A DNA stretch of 64,000 nucleotides from contig ML996693.1 of NCBI GenBank assembly GCA_010356995.1, forward strand, positions 744,001 through 808,000. Reading direction: 5' to 3'. Origin of the DNA: Trichodelitschia bisporula (Eukaryota). Positions 12,556 to 25,639 of this stretch are shown here, one piece after another. The notes under the pieces were generated by a model, which was not told where the DNA came from, ran no database searches, and worked only from the letters and a program-made list of their open reading frames with translations. Every line of letters begins with the position of its first letter. Position 1 is the first letter of the stretch. The translations under genes were made by a program, and so were the position numbers.

Positions 12556-14220
12556 ATGTCGCCTCACAAGAAGCTTTTGCATCCTCTCTATGCCGCGATC
12601 GTACCTTTCATAATCATCGCCCTCATCAAGTCCATCATGTCCGCTTCCCTACCGAAGTCCGGCTCTCCATCTTGGATCGAGTTTATCTTGGAGATACCTC
12701 TGGTTCAGTTCTTCACAGACCCCATCATCAAATCCCTCAAGCAGGTCAGACTGTTCAAATTCGCCGTAGACTTCATCCCCAGTTCATCCACCTTCCAAAC
12801 AATCACCAACAGGGCTTTCTCTCACCTCTTCCGCCTCCTGAATTTCAGAAACACCATCTCCCGCATTCTCCCGCAATTCCAGTCCCGCTCTCATCCCCGG
12901 CGTCTCAATGCACCCCCTGGCACCCGCGTCATCGCAGCCCCACCTCCCCGCACTACACCGCCATCCACCAACCCCACCCTCATCCCGGACCTCCACACCA
13001 TCGTAAACCTGAGCCTCAGCACTGTACGCCTCCACCCACTGACATACCATCTGTTCGCCTCGCGACAGACACGGGATGTCGTACAGCGACGTCTTGTGGG
13101 ACAGCAGTTGCAGATTGGGGGCGGTGGATCGGATGTAAGGGTCGTGGATGGTGAGGATACTGAAGGAGGGGAGAGGAGGGCAGAGAAAGAGAGGCGGCCG
13201 GTGGAGGAAGACAACCGGAAAAGGGAAGAAGAAGGAAAGCGCCTAGCCAGAGAGGAGGTCAACAGTCTGATTGGAGAGGTGAAGGTCCTCCGCGAGGAGG
13301 TAAGGCGTCTCACAGCAATCGAAGCGAAGCGCCTGGCGGACGAAGCCAGGCTCCGGGCGGACGAAGCCAGGCTCCGGGCGGAAGATGAAGCGAAGCGCCG
13401 GGCCGAGGACGAAGCTAAGCGTCGGTTTGAAGTGGAGGTCAAACGTCTCACCCAGGAACTCAGGCATGTTCATGAGAGGGAAGCGGCACATCTGGCTGAA
13501 GAGGAGGAAAGGCGACGGGTGGAAGCTGAAGAACGGTGTCGGATGGCGAAAAGGCTGGAGGGCACGGCCAATGATGTCTTCCGTTTCGGTGGAACCGTGC
13601 ATGGCATGGATTTGGCATTACGCGAGAGTTCCAAAGATCTGGATGCCACCGTGGCTTCCGGGGTCCAAAAGAAGCTTAAGATAAAAAAGATGGGGCCAAG
13701 AATGGCTGAAAAGGACGAGGTGTTTGCCAGAATGCGATTCGACATCCCGAAAGAAGACCCTTTCTCAACAGGTCTTATCAAGAGGGATCCGACCAATACT
13801 GGTGGCCAAGTCAGGAGACCTGACCTTCCATCTCTGCTTCAGGATATAGATCCGCTGGCACCAGGATTTACGTGCATCGGCACAACGAAGCAGGGCTTGC
13901 GGTGCCGGCAGTCTTTCATTTCATACCAGAGCAAATCCCTGGCACACCAGCGGTTGCAAAAGATGCTATCCGGAGATCCCGGGGACTCATTTGAACTGCA
14001 TCGGCTGCAAGAACTGGCCGACTGGTGCCTCTGTCCGCGGTGGCACAATTCGACAAACCCGCATCATCGTCAAGACCGGAAGCTAGCCGAGGAATGGTAT
14101 CGGAAGTTGACGAGTTCCAAGGCATTGCCTGTGATTCAGAACAATACGGGACTGATATCACCCCCGCAGACACCTCCCAAGTACACTTATACGCCAACCA
14201 TAACTCGGTTTCATGACTGA
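12556..14220 (+). CDS. Hypothetical protein: N-terminal hydrophobic segment, central coiled coil, C-terminal Cys/His putative zinc-binding module
   Basis: Uninterrupted ORF of about 554 codons from ATG 12556; E/R-rich helical region; motif CIGTTKQGLRC...WCLCPRWH...Q. Confidence 0.7.
   Translation: MSPHKKLLHPLYAAIVPFIIIALIKSIMSASLPKSGSPSWIEFILEIPLVQFFTDPIIKSLKQVRLFKFAVDFIPSSSTFQTITNRAFSHLFRLLNFRNTISRILPQFQSRSHPRRLNAPPGTRVIAAPPPRTTPPSTNPTLIPDLHTIVNLSLSTVRLHPLTYHLFASRQTRDVVQRRLVGQQLQIGGGGSDVRVVDGEDTEGGERRAEKERRPVEEDNRKREEEGKRLAREEVNSLIGEVKVLREEVRRLTAIEAKRLADEARLRADEARLRAEDEAKRRAEDEAKRRFEVEVKRLTQELRHVHEREAAHLAEEEERRRVEAEERCRMAKRLEGTANDVFRFGGTVHGMDLALRESSKDLDATVASGVQKKLKIKKMGPRMAEKDEVFARMRFDIPKEDPFSTGLIKRDPTNTGGQVRRPDLPSLLQDIDPLAPGFTCIGTTKQGLRCRQSFISYQSKSLAHQRLQKMLSGDPGDSFELHRLQELADWCLCPRWHNSTNPHHRQDRKLAEEWYRKLTSSKALPVIQNNTGLISPPQTPPKYTYTPTITRFHD
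13336..13421 (+). repeat. Coding tandem repeat (21-nt unit GCGGACGAAGCCAGGCTCCGG x2, then degenerate AEDEAKRR copies)
   Basis: Direct repeats encoding ADEARLR-ADEARLR-AEDEAKRR-AEDEAKRR. Confidence 0.8.
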
Positions 14221-14551
14221 CCTCTGAGTGATGCGACGTACCAGTCGGCGCACACTACCACCTTCAGAGAATGATGGTCAGTGCTCCAAGCCTCGAGAAT
14301 CCAGGACAAGCCATATCTTCTGCTTTCGAGAACCGTGGACCGCCTCCTTCCACATCCGCCGTCTGGCTAGACCGACGCCGGCATCGGTACACACTGGTTG
14401 GATACCATTCGGGCCGATTGACGGAACATCGGAGATGTTAACCCAAAACCATTCCACTATTCCATAACGGAACCATCGAGCTCCGGCAAGGAGCCGACCA
14501 CTTGTCTGGACAACGCCCTGATGCAAGCAGATGACGTGGTGCGGACATCCC

Positions 14552-15852
14552 TTATGGCCCTCCTGTGCTCTTCGCCCGCGTGATGGTTTCTTGGCTGCCG
14601 TAGGAGCACTGCATTTCTCCAGGAGTCTTCGAGTTTTCGGGTTGGACGAACTCGCCTTCAATATCGGCGCTCTTAGGACGAGTTACATGAGGTGAAGCAG
14701 TTCCAAAGGAGTGCATTGGGTTAACTCGGGCTTTGGATAGGTTGAAGCCCATGCGCCGTGTAAGGCTGGTGAAGAAGGCCTTGAGGCAAGGGACGCTGGC
14801 TGCGATTATGCCGAGATGTTCTTCAAGGGCCCTAGAACCGGGTCAGTACGAATGGCTGATACGGAGAAGAACTTACGGGTAGATTTTGAGCCCTCTGATC
14901 GCATTTCCTGAGGGCACAGCGGCCGGGGAGATGTCCTTCATTGAGTACAACCTCGCGATGCAGCACGCGCTGGCGCCCAGGCCAAACATCATAAGAATGC
15001 CAATCACGATCTTTTCACTTTTCGGCCTTGCAAGACTTCTGATGAGAGGAAGTGGAAGAAGTGCGCAGATGACGTCTTGAGCGATGTATACACCTGTCGA
15101 ATGGTCAATGACGCTCATGATCCCGAATTATCTGGTACTCACTTGATAAGGCGAAAACACAGGCCCTCCAAGCATCAGCAGACCAACATGCCTGGTCGAA
15201 AAGCGCAATGTTCCAGCTGGCCTGGATAGGAATGCATGTAGTGAGAAGAGTGACGATTCCGATAACCATCACGATAATGACAGTCCAGCAGAGAATTCGG
15301 AGCCCAATTCGCCAAGATCGGCCCGTATGGAGTTGCATAAGGAGCAGGATAACCGAAACCTTGATGCAGCCGGTGGATACCATCCAGATTGGGACGGCGG
15401 GGAAGCTCAGCTTTGCGCTGAGGATACCATTTTCCCTTGCTGTGCTTTCGGATTCATTGACGTCACAACTGAACATAAGGGACGCAGCAACGACTAATGA
15501 CCACTGTACTATAGCGCATAGCTCGAGAAGAGTTAGCGCGGCACATTCAAAGGTAGTTAAGGACGCATACCACGCCAAAGCTAAGGGTAATGTCGCTCCA
15601 TGTCAGGCGACAGACGGGCCGGAGTCTGGTGTACATTCGCAAGCCATAGAAAATAAGGGCGAGAGCGAAGAAAGGCGTCGTTACGCAATAGTAGAGCACA
15701 AGCTGGTCATGATCTGGAGTAAGGGTCAACGGCAGCGTCAAACCAGCAGTGCCATTGTTGGTCTCGTTGAAGGTCGGAGGAGAACGTCCAGCGAGGACTG
15801 CGTCAGCTGGTACCTGAATTGTCCAAGAGGGGGTTTTGTAGGTCGTCGACAT
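14552..15852 (-). CDS. PTH11-like (fungal rhodopsin-domain) multi-pass membrane protein without CFEM; 4 exons
   Basis: Motifs GLRMYTRLRP...WSD, CIKVSVILLL, TCIPIQASW, DVICALLPLPLIRSL...EKIVIGILMMFG, EEHLGIIAASVPCLK; GT-AG introns near 15570, 15140 and 14875. Confidence 0.85.
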
Positions 15853-16744
15853 GATTGCCCGCCATGGGGAACCTAACGGCAAAGATGTTTTAACATGGAC
15901 GCGGGGGCGACGCGAAGCCGTCGAGGAACGCGGGGAGGTTGAGGAGTTCGACCAGCAGGACGCATCCATTATTTGAACTAGAACTGAGGCGCGGACTTGC
16001 AAAGGCTTAGGGGCTGAGACCTCGAACTGGATTGGCGCTGTCATTCAGAATTCATGCCAGGTGGCGCACGATGGCTTGACTATCAGTATGTTAAAGTGGT
16101 GGCGCATCGAATAATAATGTCATCAAGCCGTCAAGGGGCTCACTATCGAGAAGGTATTGTGTACTCCGTATGCGGGTGTTTCTTGAACTAATTGAGATAC
16201 TGTTATACACAAGTCGCACCCATATTCTGGAGATAATGTGCCAAATGAGAGTTTAAACATGAGGCAAAATGATGTTTGAGGCGAGGGTGGATGCGTGGAT
16301 GTGGATAGGAACACGGTGACAGTACATCCGTACAGTCAGAACAAGCTTTAGATTGAGATCCTAAGAAGGAGGGAGTCATGAAATTTGAGATTATATTGAG
16401 CTGAGTTGAGGCAATGGGAAAATTCAGGTGTTAGGATGCTGGATAATGGAGTTGGATTGAAAAGATGTCGGAGGCGACTTTTGACAGTACGTACTGATGT
16501 ACATTGTAGAACTAGTAGGATCGTCTATTCAACCTCCCCACGTCCCCCACCCACCAAATCCCTGCACACCAAAGCCCACACAAGCTCACCAGCCACAGAA
16601 ACCCCCCCCTCGCTTCGGCCCTGGAAATTTTCCACCCACCCCACAGTTTCGACGCCACAACAGACCTCACGGCAAAGCAAACCACCAAACTCAACAACAT
16701 TCCCCCCTCCTCTCCCTCCCCACCGAAAGCAACCAACCCCCATC

Positions 16745-17944
16745 ATGGCCGACACAAATCCCCTCATGGCCGTGCAGATCGAGGCCCTGGTACGAAAGCA
16801 CCCGATATTTCACCGTCACGCCTATCCACTAACCTGTCGAGTAGGTGGTGATGAAAATCATCAAACACAGCGCCCAGGCCTTCCCGACCACCGCCACCGG
16901 CTCCCTCGTCGGCATGGACGTTGACGGCCTCCTCCAAGTCACAAACAGCTTCCCCTTCCCCGCAATCGATGCCCCCGCGCAAGATGGCCAGGACAACCAG
17001 AGCAATCATGCCGCCGCCGCGCCCCGCGCAAAGGCCAACGCCGCCTATCAAGCCGAAATGATCAAGTTCCTGCGGGAGGTTAATGTCGACGCTAACAACG
17101 TCGGCTGGTACACCAGTACGAGTATGGGGAGCTTCATCAATGCAAACACCATCGAGAACCAGTTCTTCTACCAGAAGGAGCTGAATGAGCGGACCGTCGC
17201 GCTGGTGTATGATGTCAGCCGGAGCTCGCAGGGAGGTCTGAGCCTCAAGGCGTTCCGCCTGTCGCCGGCTTTCGTCGCTGCGTACCGTGAAGGAAAGTTT
17301 ACGGTGGAGAGGTATGTCCATTCCCGACATCTTACAGCTCCACGCATATGCTGACACGCACGCATAGCCTGCAGAAGAATGGCCTGCGCTACCAAGACAT
17401 CCTCGTTGAACTTCCCCTGACCATCCACAACTCCCACCTCCTCACCGCCCTGCTCCACCAACTACCCGCGCAGCCCGCCAAGGAAGCCCTCGAGTTCCCT
17501 CCCAACGTCGCCGCGCTCAAGTCGGACCCGCATCTGACGCTGCAGCCGCTGGCGCCCAACTTCGACGCACTCGACCTATCCATCGACCCCTACCTCGAGA
17601 AGACGTGCGATCTGCTCCTCGAGTCCATCGAGAACCACCACACGGAGCTCAACAATCACCAGTACTATCAGCGCTCGCTGGCCCGCGAGCAGGCGAAGAT
17701 CACGGCCTGGCAACAAAAGCGCAAGGCCGAGAACGCGTCCCGTGTCGCTGCGAAGCAGCCACCTCTCCCCGAGGACGAATGGCAGCGTCTGTTCAAGCTG
17801 CCGCAGGAGCCGAGCCGTCTCGAGATCCTGCTCAACAGCAGACAGGTGGAGCAGTACTCGCGGCAGGTGGATTCCTTCACAGCTACCGTCAGCGGCAAGA
17901 TGTTCGCCGTCCGGAGTAATCTGCTGCCGGGAGAGGCACCGTGA
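16745..17944 (+). CDS. EIF3H: Eukaryotic translation initiation factor 3 subunit H (MPN domain); introns 16790-16844 and 17312-17367
   Basis: [54 protein letters not shown]. Confidence 0.95.
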
Positions 17945-18464
17945 ACGTTCTTGGAGGCACCACGCAACGGGGGAGGAGGTTCTCGCTTTTCACCACATTC
18001 ATAGGGTCATGGAAGGATTTGCGGGGCGGGGGCGTTATGCGATGTGTGGACATTATGCAGTTACCATGGGCGAGATAGAGATGCAGACTGCGAGCTGTAT
18101 TGTACTACGCAGTTAGTCGCGGCGTGGGCTTTCCCCGCTTCGTCTAATTAGACACGTAGCAATGTTGCACGAGCAATCCGATGTCTCTCTCTGAATTCGT
18201 GTTATCTTCGCATATTCAAGAAGCAGAAAGATTTGGGGGTTGTGTGTGTGACCAAAAAGCCTATGAGCGCAATCACCAGGCCTCCTGCCGAGAAGCCACC
18301 CACCCGTTTCCCTTTCCATGCCCATCCCGCAAAACATGCCTGCGACGCCGGTCCCGTGCCCTCAAGCATACATACACATAGAAAGGAGGAAGACGTCGTT
18401 CAGGCTGTCATTTATTCAAGTTCCTACCGTAGTAGCATCGTTTCCCAGAGCAAGTGCCGTGCGT

Positions 18465-19571
18465 CTACAACTGCATCTGCGGCGGAATAAGCGCCACCGG
18501 ACCTTCTGGCCCATCATCGTCGATTTCCTCCTCTTCCTCGTCCTCTTCATCGTAATCTTCGTCCTCGACGAATCCGGAGTCGACGCCCGCGATCCGCAGC
18601 CGCATGAGCATTTCTTCGCGACGTTCGTCTTGCCAGCGCATGAGAGCGGCGGCAGCATGGACGCGGAAGCCGAAGACCTTCGGTTCGTGGCGGCGGATGC
18701 TCTTAACGGGGGCGACGGTGGGGTAGACCTGGAAGAGGATGTTGTGGAAGGAGGTACCGAAGTAGGCGCCGTCGATGGAGGAGTGGCGCGCCGACTTCGG
18801 ATTGTAGATGTCCTCACACTTGGCGCAGTAGAGCTTGACGGCGCTGATGTTGGGTGTGTCGTGTTGTCCCATTGGCAGGAGCGGTTGCTGGTGGCACATG
18901 ACGCGCGGACACTTGCCGAACTCTCCTTTTTTGTACTTCTCTAGCTGGGGGACGGGTTAGCAGGTGACTATATGCGATGGGGCTTGGGCATCGGAGGGGA
19001 TATACCATCTTAGATAGGCCACGCGTCGTCACGATATAACGAGCATGTACCAAGCCGTAAAGATGCCTGGCCGACTTTTCGATCTGCTCGCGCATGTCGT
19101 CCTCGCAGTCGAGATCGAAGACATCGGTCACCAGATCGAGAGCATACTGGTAGTACTGGACTTCGGTGTTGAGGCCAGTCAAGTTGAAACGGTCATTCAG
19201 ATAGTCTTCATCTATTTCGCAAAAGTACTCGTTACCACGCGACGAGATGAACTGCGACACAAGAGTTAGCAGAAGGAACAACCCAAACGTAACAAGCAAA
19301 GGAGCATCTTAAGAAAACCATAAATCTCATTTTTACCAGATGGTAATAGGCAAAGGCTTCATAAAATGAACGCTTGAGAGACTTGACTGCCATGATAGCA
19401 GTGGGGATGTGAGACTTTATCAATCACCGTGACGGTAGGTTAAGCACGTGCTGGGTGTGGGTGGGCGTGGACGTGTTGGAAGAGACAAACAACAATGAGA
19501 GGGAAAGAACGTACCCAGTCTCTCCAGTAGCTGGTATAGTCACTATCAGTTTCTGTGTTGTAGTCTTCCAT
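18465..19571 (-). CDS. ckb2: Casein kinase II regulatory subunit beta (beta-2 type); introns 19514-19252 and 19005-18945
   Basis: MEDYNTETDSDYTSYWRDW|FISSRGNEYFCEIDEDY, HLYGLVHARY, CPRVMC...CAKC zinc ribbon, IDGAYFGTSF. Confidence 0.95.
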
Positions 19572-20160
19572 GGTGGCTTCGGACGGGATGTCGAGTGGTG
19601 AAGGGGGGGGAGGGGTGTAAGGAATGGGCTCTCGCCCAGGCGGCGGGGGTTGGTACAGTAGGCACTCGGCGAGGGTAGGTTGAGATTCGAGCGGGTCTCT
19701 AGGAGAGAGAAAATCGGGTAGGACGACTTTACTGGCGGGGCGCTTGGATGGGACGAGAGAGTTGTGGTTGTTTGCGTAGAGATGGAAGTATCATATGGAG
19801 TCACGAGCGGGTGAGTGGTGGGGACGGGTTTTGGCCTGGGATCTTCGAATTACCGTATGTGAGGCGGTGCGAGTGCCAAGATATGGAGCGCCACAAAACA
19901 CCACGGCTTGCGCCATTCACTAATAAATTCCCCGACTAACGACATAAATGCAAGACACAATTCCGGGTATATATGTAGAGCCGTAGACGGCACGATAAAG
20001 CACAAAATATCAGCAGAGAACACCTAAATTTTCTGTTTCCCTACCAGAGTAGCTTGCTAGTATCCCCTCCCGACACTCGCTACAGCAAAGGCTTCTGAAG
20101 CACATTAGAACTAGGTATCCTGGTTGAGAGGCTCCCTTTCGCCTTTCTCAACCAATTATC

Positions 20161-23100
20161 CTACATCGTCAAGTCGTTAATCACATCCTGAAGTACCTTG
20201 TTTTTCCTGAGTGCCTTCTCTCCCACTGTCCCCTTCTTTGCAGGGGCCTTCAATCCTTTTCGGTCCTTCGGACTGGAATTCCCTTCGATGTCTCCGAGCA
20301 CGTCCCGGATGCTGCTCTCCAGAAGGTCCGTCTGTGACAGCGCCGGCTCAGAAGAAGCAGCCACTTTCTTCCACTTCGCCTGATCTGTCGCCCCCTGACC
20401 TCTCGCCTTCCGCAGCGTCGGACTTGTCTCCGGGTCCTGAACCGCCTTCCTCTTAAGTGGACTCTTCTTGGCCGGACTCTCCCAGCTACTTCCCTGCGTG
20501 CCCATCACACCAGGGAAGTAGTGCGCTCCTTCCGCCCCAGGACGAAGATCATACATCCATCCCTGGCGTTCACATATACCCACCATCCCTTTGAGCACCT
20601 CCCCGCCCTGTAGAAGCGTCTTCTTACTCCCAATAAGCACCAGCTTGCTACGCGCCCGCGTCAGCGCAACATTAATGCGCCGCCAGTCGCGTAGTAATTC
20701 GCCAACTCCGGCATCGTCATTACTGCGCACGAAACTCACTACCACGGCTTCCTTGTCGCGCCCTTGGAACTTGTCTGCGGTGTGGAGTTCGACGCCAGCG
20801 AGCGGGCGGAGACCACTGCGGAGGAGCGCCAGTTGACTGCGGTAGAAGGTTATCACGCCCAGGTCGTGCGGCGCAAGACCTGCGTCGATGAGTAGATGCG
20901 CTAGTTGCACTGTAATGCTGGCTTCGAGGGGATTGGTGATGCGCGATTTGTGTAAGATTTCAGCTGAGGTGGGGAGTAGGGCGTCGGTATTGAAGAACAC
21001 GACTTTGGTCGATGGGGAGAGCGCGCGAGCCAGTGGGCAAGAAGAGGAGGTTGGCGCCCGGCATATGAATTCGTCAGCTGAAGGTGGAACTTGGGAAGGC
21101 GGCGAAGGCGGGTGGTGATGCTGTTCGAGGGCGGCATCCTTGCTCCGTAGGACAAGAGACCGCAAGGCCACACCATCATTTCCGCACTTCAACTGGCCGT
21201 CATAGATCAGCTCATTTGACAGCGCCATGACCTCGGCACACATGCGGTACTGGTGTGTGAGGTTGACCACCGCATCCGGATGCCGCTCTGACAGCATCCT
21301 AAACAAGCTGACATCCAATCCACCTTCCAGCGCCTCGCGGTTCTGCACTAGCGGCGGCAACTGAAAGTGGTCGCCGACGAGCACAAATGTCCTAGCCATG
21401 CGTACCGGACCCAGACACACGGGCAGGGTAATCTGTGACGCCTCATCCACGATGCAGTAATCGAACGTCCGTTGCGTGAAAAGCGCATGGTTGATGCCGA
21501 GACAGGTGGTCGCCACAACAGGAGGATCGTGCCACGAGCGCTTCACCTCCTCGAGACTGTCCTTCTGCGCGGCGCCGAGTACGGCGAACTCTTGCACCTC
21601 GGGATGCACTTTAGCCAGCACACCTAGGCGCAGGACGTCGAAGCCTGCATTGCGCAGTTTGAGGAGGATGTTGTCAACTGCCGTGTGCGTATAGCTCGTG
21701 AGCAGAACGCTCTTTCCCTGCGCTACGAGCGCGCGGATGATTTGCGCAATGGTCGTCGTTTTCCCTGTGCCGGGCATGCCTAGCACGAGTGCGTAGTCTT
21801 GTGCGGTGAGTACCTTGGCCACGGCGGCCTTTTGATCGGTGTTCATTTCGGACTGCCATTTCTGGCTCTGAAGTTCGAAGGCGCTGGAGGATGCCTTGAA
21901 ACGCGGGGTGCGGGCATCAACAATCAAAGCCCGCAGGTTCGAGGCTTGGTACGCCATGTCGTTCATTATCTCAAGGATGTTGTTGCGTGCCGTGGCCATG
22001 CCATTGCTGAACTCATCCTTGTCGATGCGGTATAGTATGGGGGCCGAGTTCTCTGACCCACTCGGGCGTGGCAGCGATGATGTGGTCTTGTCGACTTCGA
22101 TGACGCCGACGAAGGTTTGGTTCGTCTCCATGTCAAACCCGGGCGTCCTGACGCGTGCGGTGTGCAAAGCGCGGTCAACAGCAACGGTGACACGCTGCCT
22201 GGAAACCTGCGTGACGTAGCCGTTTGCAAGCGCAAAGTGGCCGTCCTCATCGGAGATCACGATTGGCTCGCCGGCGTTGATTTGAGACTCGGAAAACGAA
22301 AAACTGGGGGCTGCCTTGGGCTTGACAAAGCTGTACTGGAAACGACTGATTTTGGATGAACCGGGAAGCTCGGCGGACATCCCAGGCTCGATGATAACGC
22401 CTGAGAAACATCGTCCCAGCTTTTCCCGCTCGGGCCCAAGCATAGTCCACAGTTCCCGCCTGAAGCGCATCATTTCAGACTCCTCTTTGGTGAGCAGATG
22501 GTCCCATTTCTTGAGAAAGGTCCGATGCTCGGGCTTCAGATGGCGAACAAGCTCCTCAAACCGGCCCTTGTTGGTGATGATTTCACTCGTACCGTCCTCC
22601 GCCAGATGGTGATAGAGGTAGCATGTTGTCTGCGCATAGCAGCCATTACAAAGCCGCTGACGCGATTCGGGAAGCATCGGCGGCAGCTTGAGGCGCTCAC
22701 GAATAAAGCAGGCTAGCTCGTTCCGCTTCATGATGAGGTGGATGAGCTCGTGTCTGATCTTCTGGATGCGCATCATCTCCGACTTCTCCAAATAGTACAG
22801 AATGCCATCTTTCACGTCCAGGTCGTATCTGTCCGAGACTAACAATGTGTACAGCGCTGTCTGCGCTTGATGGGCTTCGTTGCTCCGCTTGCCGGTTTTG
22901 ACTTCAAGGGGGACGGTGAGTGTTCGATCTGACGATCCGTCGTTTAAGACGATCTGGACTGTAGCATCGACATTCCCCTTGAGGCCGTAGTTGGGCGACC
23001 AAATGTGCTCCTCGACGTCAAGGAGTTTGTTGATGCTCATCGCAAAGCGTTGCCCGTTACGTCCTTGGACGAAGGCGCCAGGCTTGGGGACACTCTGGAC

Positions 23101-25607
23101 AAACATTTGAGCCCAGCCTTGCATTTCTGGCAGCTTGCTCCACAAATGCTCATTGACCTGGTTGAGGTTCAATCCGATTTCAACGATCGTCTCGTAGTAC
23201 TGCGGGAGAATGATCCGGATAATCTTTTTCATCGAGGCCGTGTCCCAAGTATTCGCCCTCAGAGCTTCCTGAAAGACTGCGTGGAGGACGTTCCCATAGA
23301 ACATGGGAGCGCTCGCCTGCCCGGTTGCCTTGACACGGTCCTGGAGCACTGCTCGCCGAATACAGCCGAAGGAATCGGCCACGACGGTTGCTGAAATGAG
23401 GTGGTCCGGGTGAAGAATGAGCATTCCATTGTCGTTGTCGATCGTGCACCTCCCCGCGGCGTCGAACTGGCCGATAACGTGGACGTAAGAGCCAGTTGTG
23501 CAGGGAGTTTCGAACCACGACTGGCGGAGTAAGATCGTTCTGCTGACTTTTGTGCGCTCTTCTTCGACAGCAAGCGTCTGGCCGTGTTAGCAAGGGACAT
23601 GTACTACGAGGGGCTCACTACTTTTTCGGGCTGAAAATTTCCCCTTTCATCATGATACGTGGTCTCATCAATCCTCTTGATTAAGTAGCGCTGAATGGCA
23701 CGATTGCTCACTTCACTCTTCCATGATCAGCATTGATCTATCAACCAGGAAGCCTCGCGCCTACATAACCTGGCTTTTGCCCACGATTGCGGGCTGCCTG
23801 TGTAGCTGCCAACTCTGCAGCTGCAAATTCATCAAAGCTGATATCCTCGCCAAATTCGTCATCGTCGTCAAACTCATCAACTGGAGCCGCTGCTGATGCC
23901 CCCAATCCATCAGCATTTGCTCCTGAATAACCAAGCTGCTGTTGTGCAGGTGCTTGCGGCCTGCCGGATTTAGGGGTATCGTCAAACTTCGAGGCGAGCT
24001 CAACTAGATCCGCGGCGAACATTTCGTCATCGTCGTCACCAAACTCATCCGAGGAGGGTACCGGAATCAAATGAGCTGGGGGTGGAGGCGGAGGCGGAAT
24101 ATGAGCAGGCCGTTGGATGGATTTGTCGGTATATGCTGGACGTGGAGGTGGTGGAGCAGGCTTCTGGACGGGTACTTGATTTGGCAGTGGTGGCGATTTG
24201 AGAGGGCTTCGCGGCTGTGGAAGGCTTCCTTGCTCAAGATATGGCGGCTTCTGCTGCTCAGTAGGCTTGCGGTCCGCAACTATTGCGGCTGCTGCAACCG
24301 CAGCATCCTCAATAGCCTCCAACATGTCTTGGTCAATGTCAAAATCGTCCCCAAAATCAGACGAACTCTCCACATGTCTAGTGCTCTCGACAACAGGTGG
24401 CTCTCCCGTGACCGTAGACTCGCTGTCCGAGGTGTCCTTGAGCTCCTTCTCTTCCCGTATCAGTTCCAGCCTTCCTACCCTTTTTTGTAGAGGTGACACA
24501 TCCCCTATGCCCACGGTCCGGGCCGCCGGCATGGGCAAAGGGGACGAGCTCGATGGTTCCGTTGAGTGGTACATCGACTCCTTCATCCGCTCCAAGAGCG
24601 ACCCAATACGGCTCTTCTTGTCTCCGCTCTGGTTATCAGCCTCTGCATCCGGGAGTTCACCGTCTTCGTCCCGCCCTTCCGCCGTTTTCCGCCTCTTAGT
24701 TGGCCACTCGGTACCGCAGCTCGCCCAGCGCCTCAAACCGCTGACGCTTCCTGATGTAGGCAAGGAACGAGGTGACGCTTCGCGAATCAAGTGCGAGAAC
24801 ACAGCGGGCTTCTTGTTGGGCGGTCCCGCAGCTGCTGCTTTGGCTTCCGCAGAGGAGTCCTCCACGGCGTATCTGTTCCACAAGTCCGCTGCCGGATCCG
24901 CGCGTGGCGTCTTCAGTCCTGTGTTTTTGGTTAACGCTATCCCGACAAGGTCCGGCTGTGAAGATCCAATAGGTGAGGAGCTCCGGGCACGCTTCCGGCG
25001 ACGCGCGGGTGTGACGGCATGGCTTGAGCCTGCGGGCGAGTGAACATGTTGCCACTGTACATGTTCTTCAGGGGAGTTCATGCGGGGCAGGGCGTTTTTG
25101 GAAGGGGTGCTGCCTCCTTGGTTGCCAATGAGGTCAACAAGTGGGAGTCGGGTCGCGGGAGAGGAAGGAAGAGGTCCGGATATGGACGGATGAAGTAACG
25201 AAAAGGATGGTTTTGACGCCGTACGATCTGAACGTTTCCCTTTCGGCACCTCAAGGTGCACCACCTCGTTTTCCTGCTCCGTTGTGCTGTGAACGGTACG
25301 CTTCGCCCGGGGCTGACGGGTTGGCTTTGAGGGGGTGCCCTCGATGAACTGGAACGACTCGAGCTTCGCTTTGGTCTCTTCGCCTGGCGCAATGGGGTAT
25401 GTGGGCATCTCTCGAGCGAAGGTAGGGGGTTGCGGAGGCTGAGGTTGTCCGTTGTTATTATGTGGTGGATATCTCAGGTATCTCTTGTACTGCTTCTGAT
25501 GCCGGTGTTCAGTAACCAAAATGATGAATTGAACGGAATCAGAGGGAGATGTTTACGTTGGGAGGGTTGACCTGGTCGAAGAAGGACTTTTGGTAATTCG
25601 AGCCCAT
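20161..25607 (-). CDS. DNA2: DNA replication helicase/nuclease Dna2; introns near 25571-25496, 23764-23720 and 23622-23578; start could alternatively be ATG 25408
   Basis: Nuclease motifs EEHIWSPNYGLKGNVDAT and LEVKTGK; Fe-S cysteines (CIRRAVL, CNGCYAQTTC); helicase GMPGTGKTT, VDEASQ, GDHFQLPP, TADKFQGRDKE; long disordered N-terminus. Confidence 0.95.
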
Positions 25608-25639
25608 CACTGTGATGGCTGCGGGGGGGGGGAGTAGGT

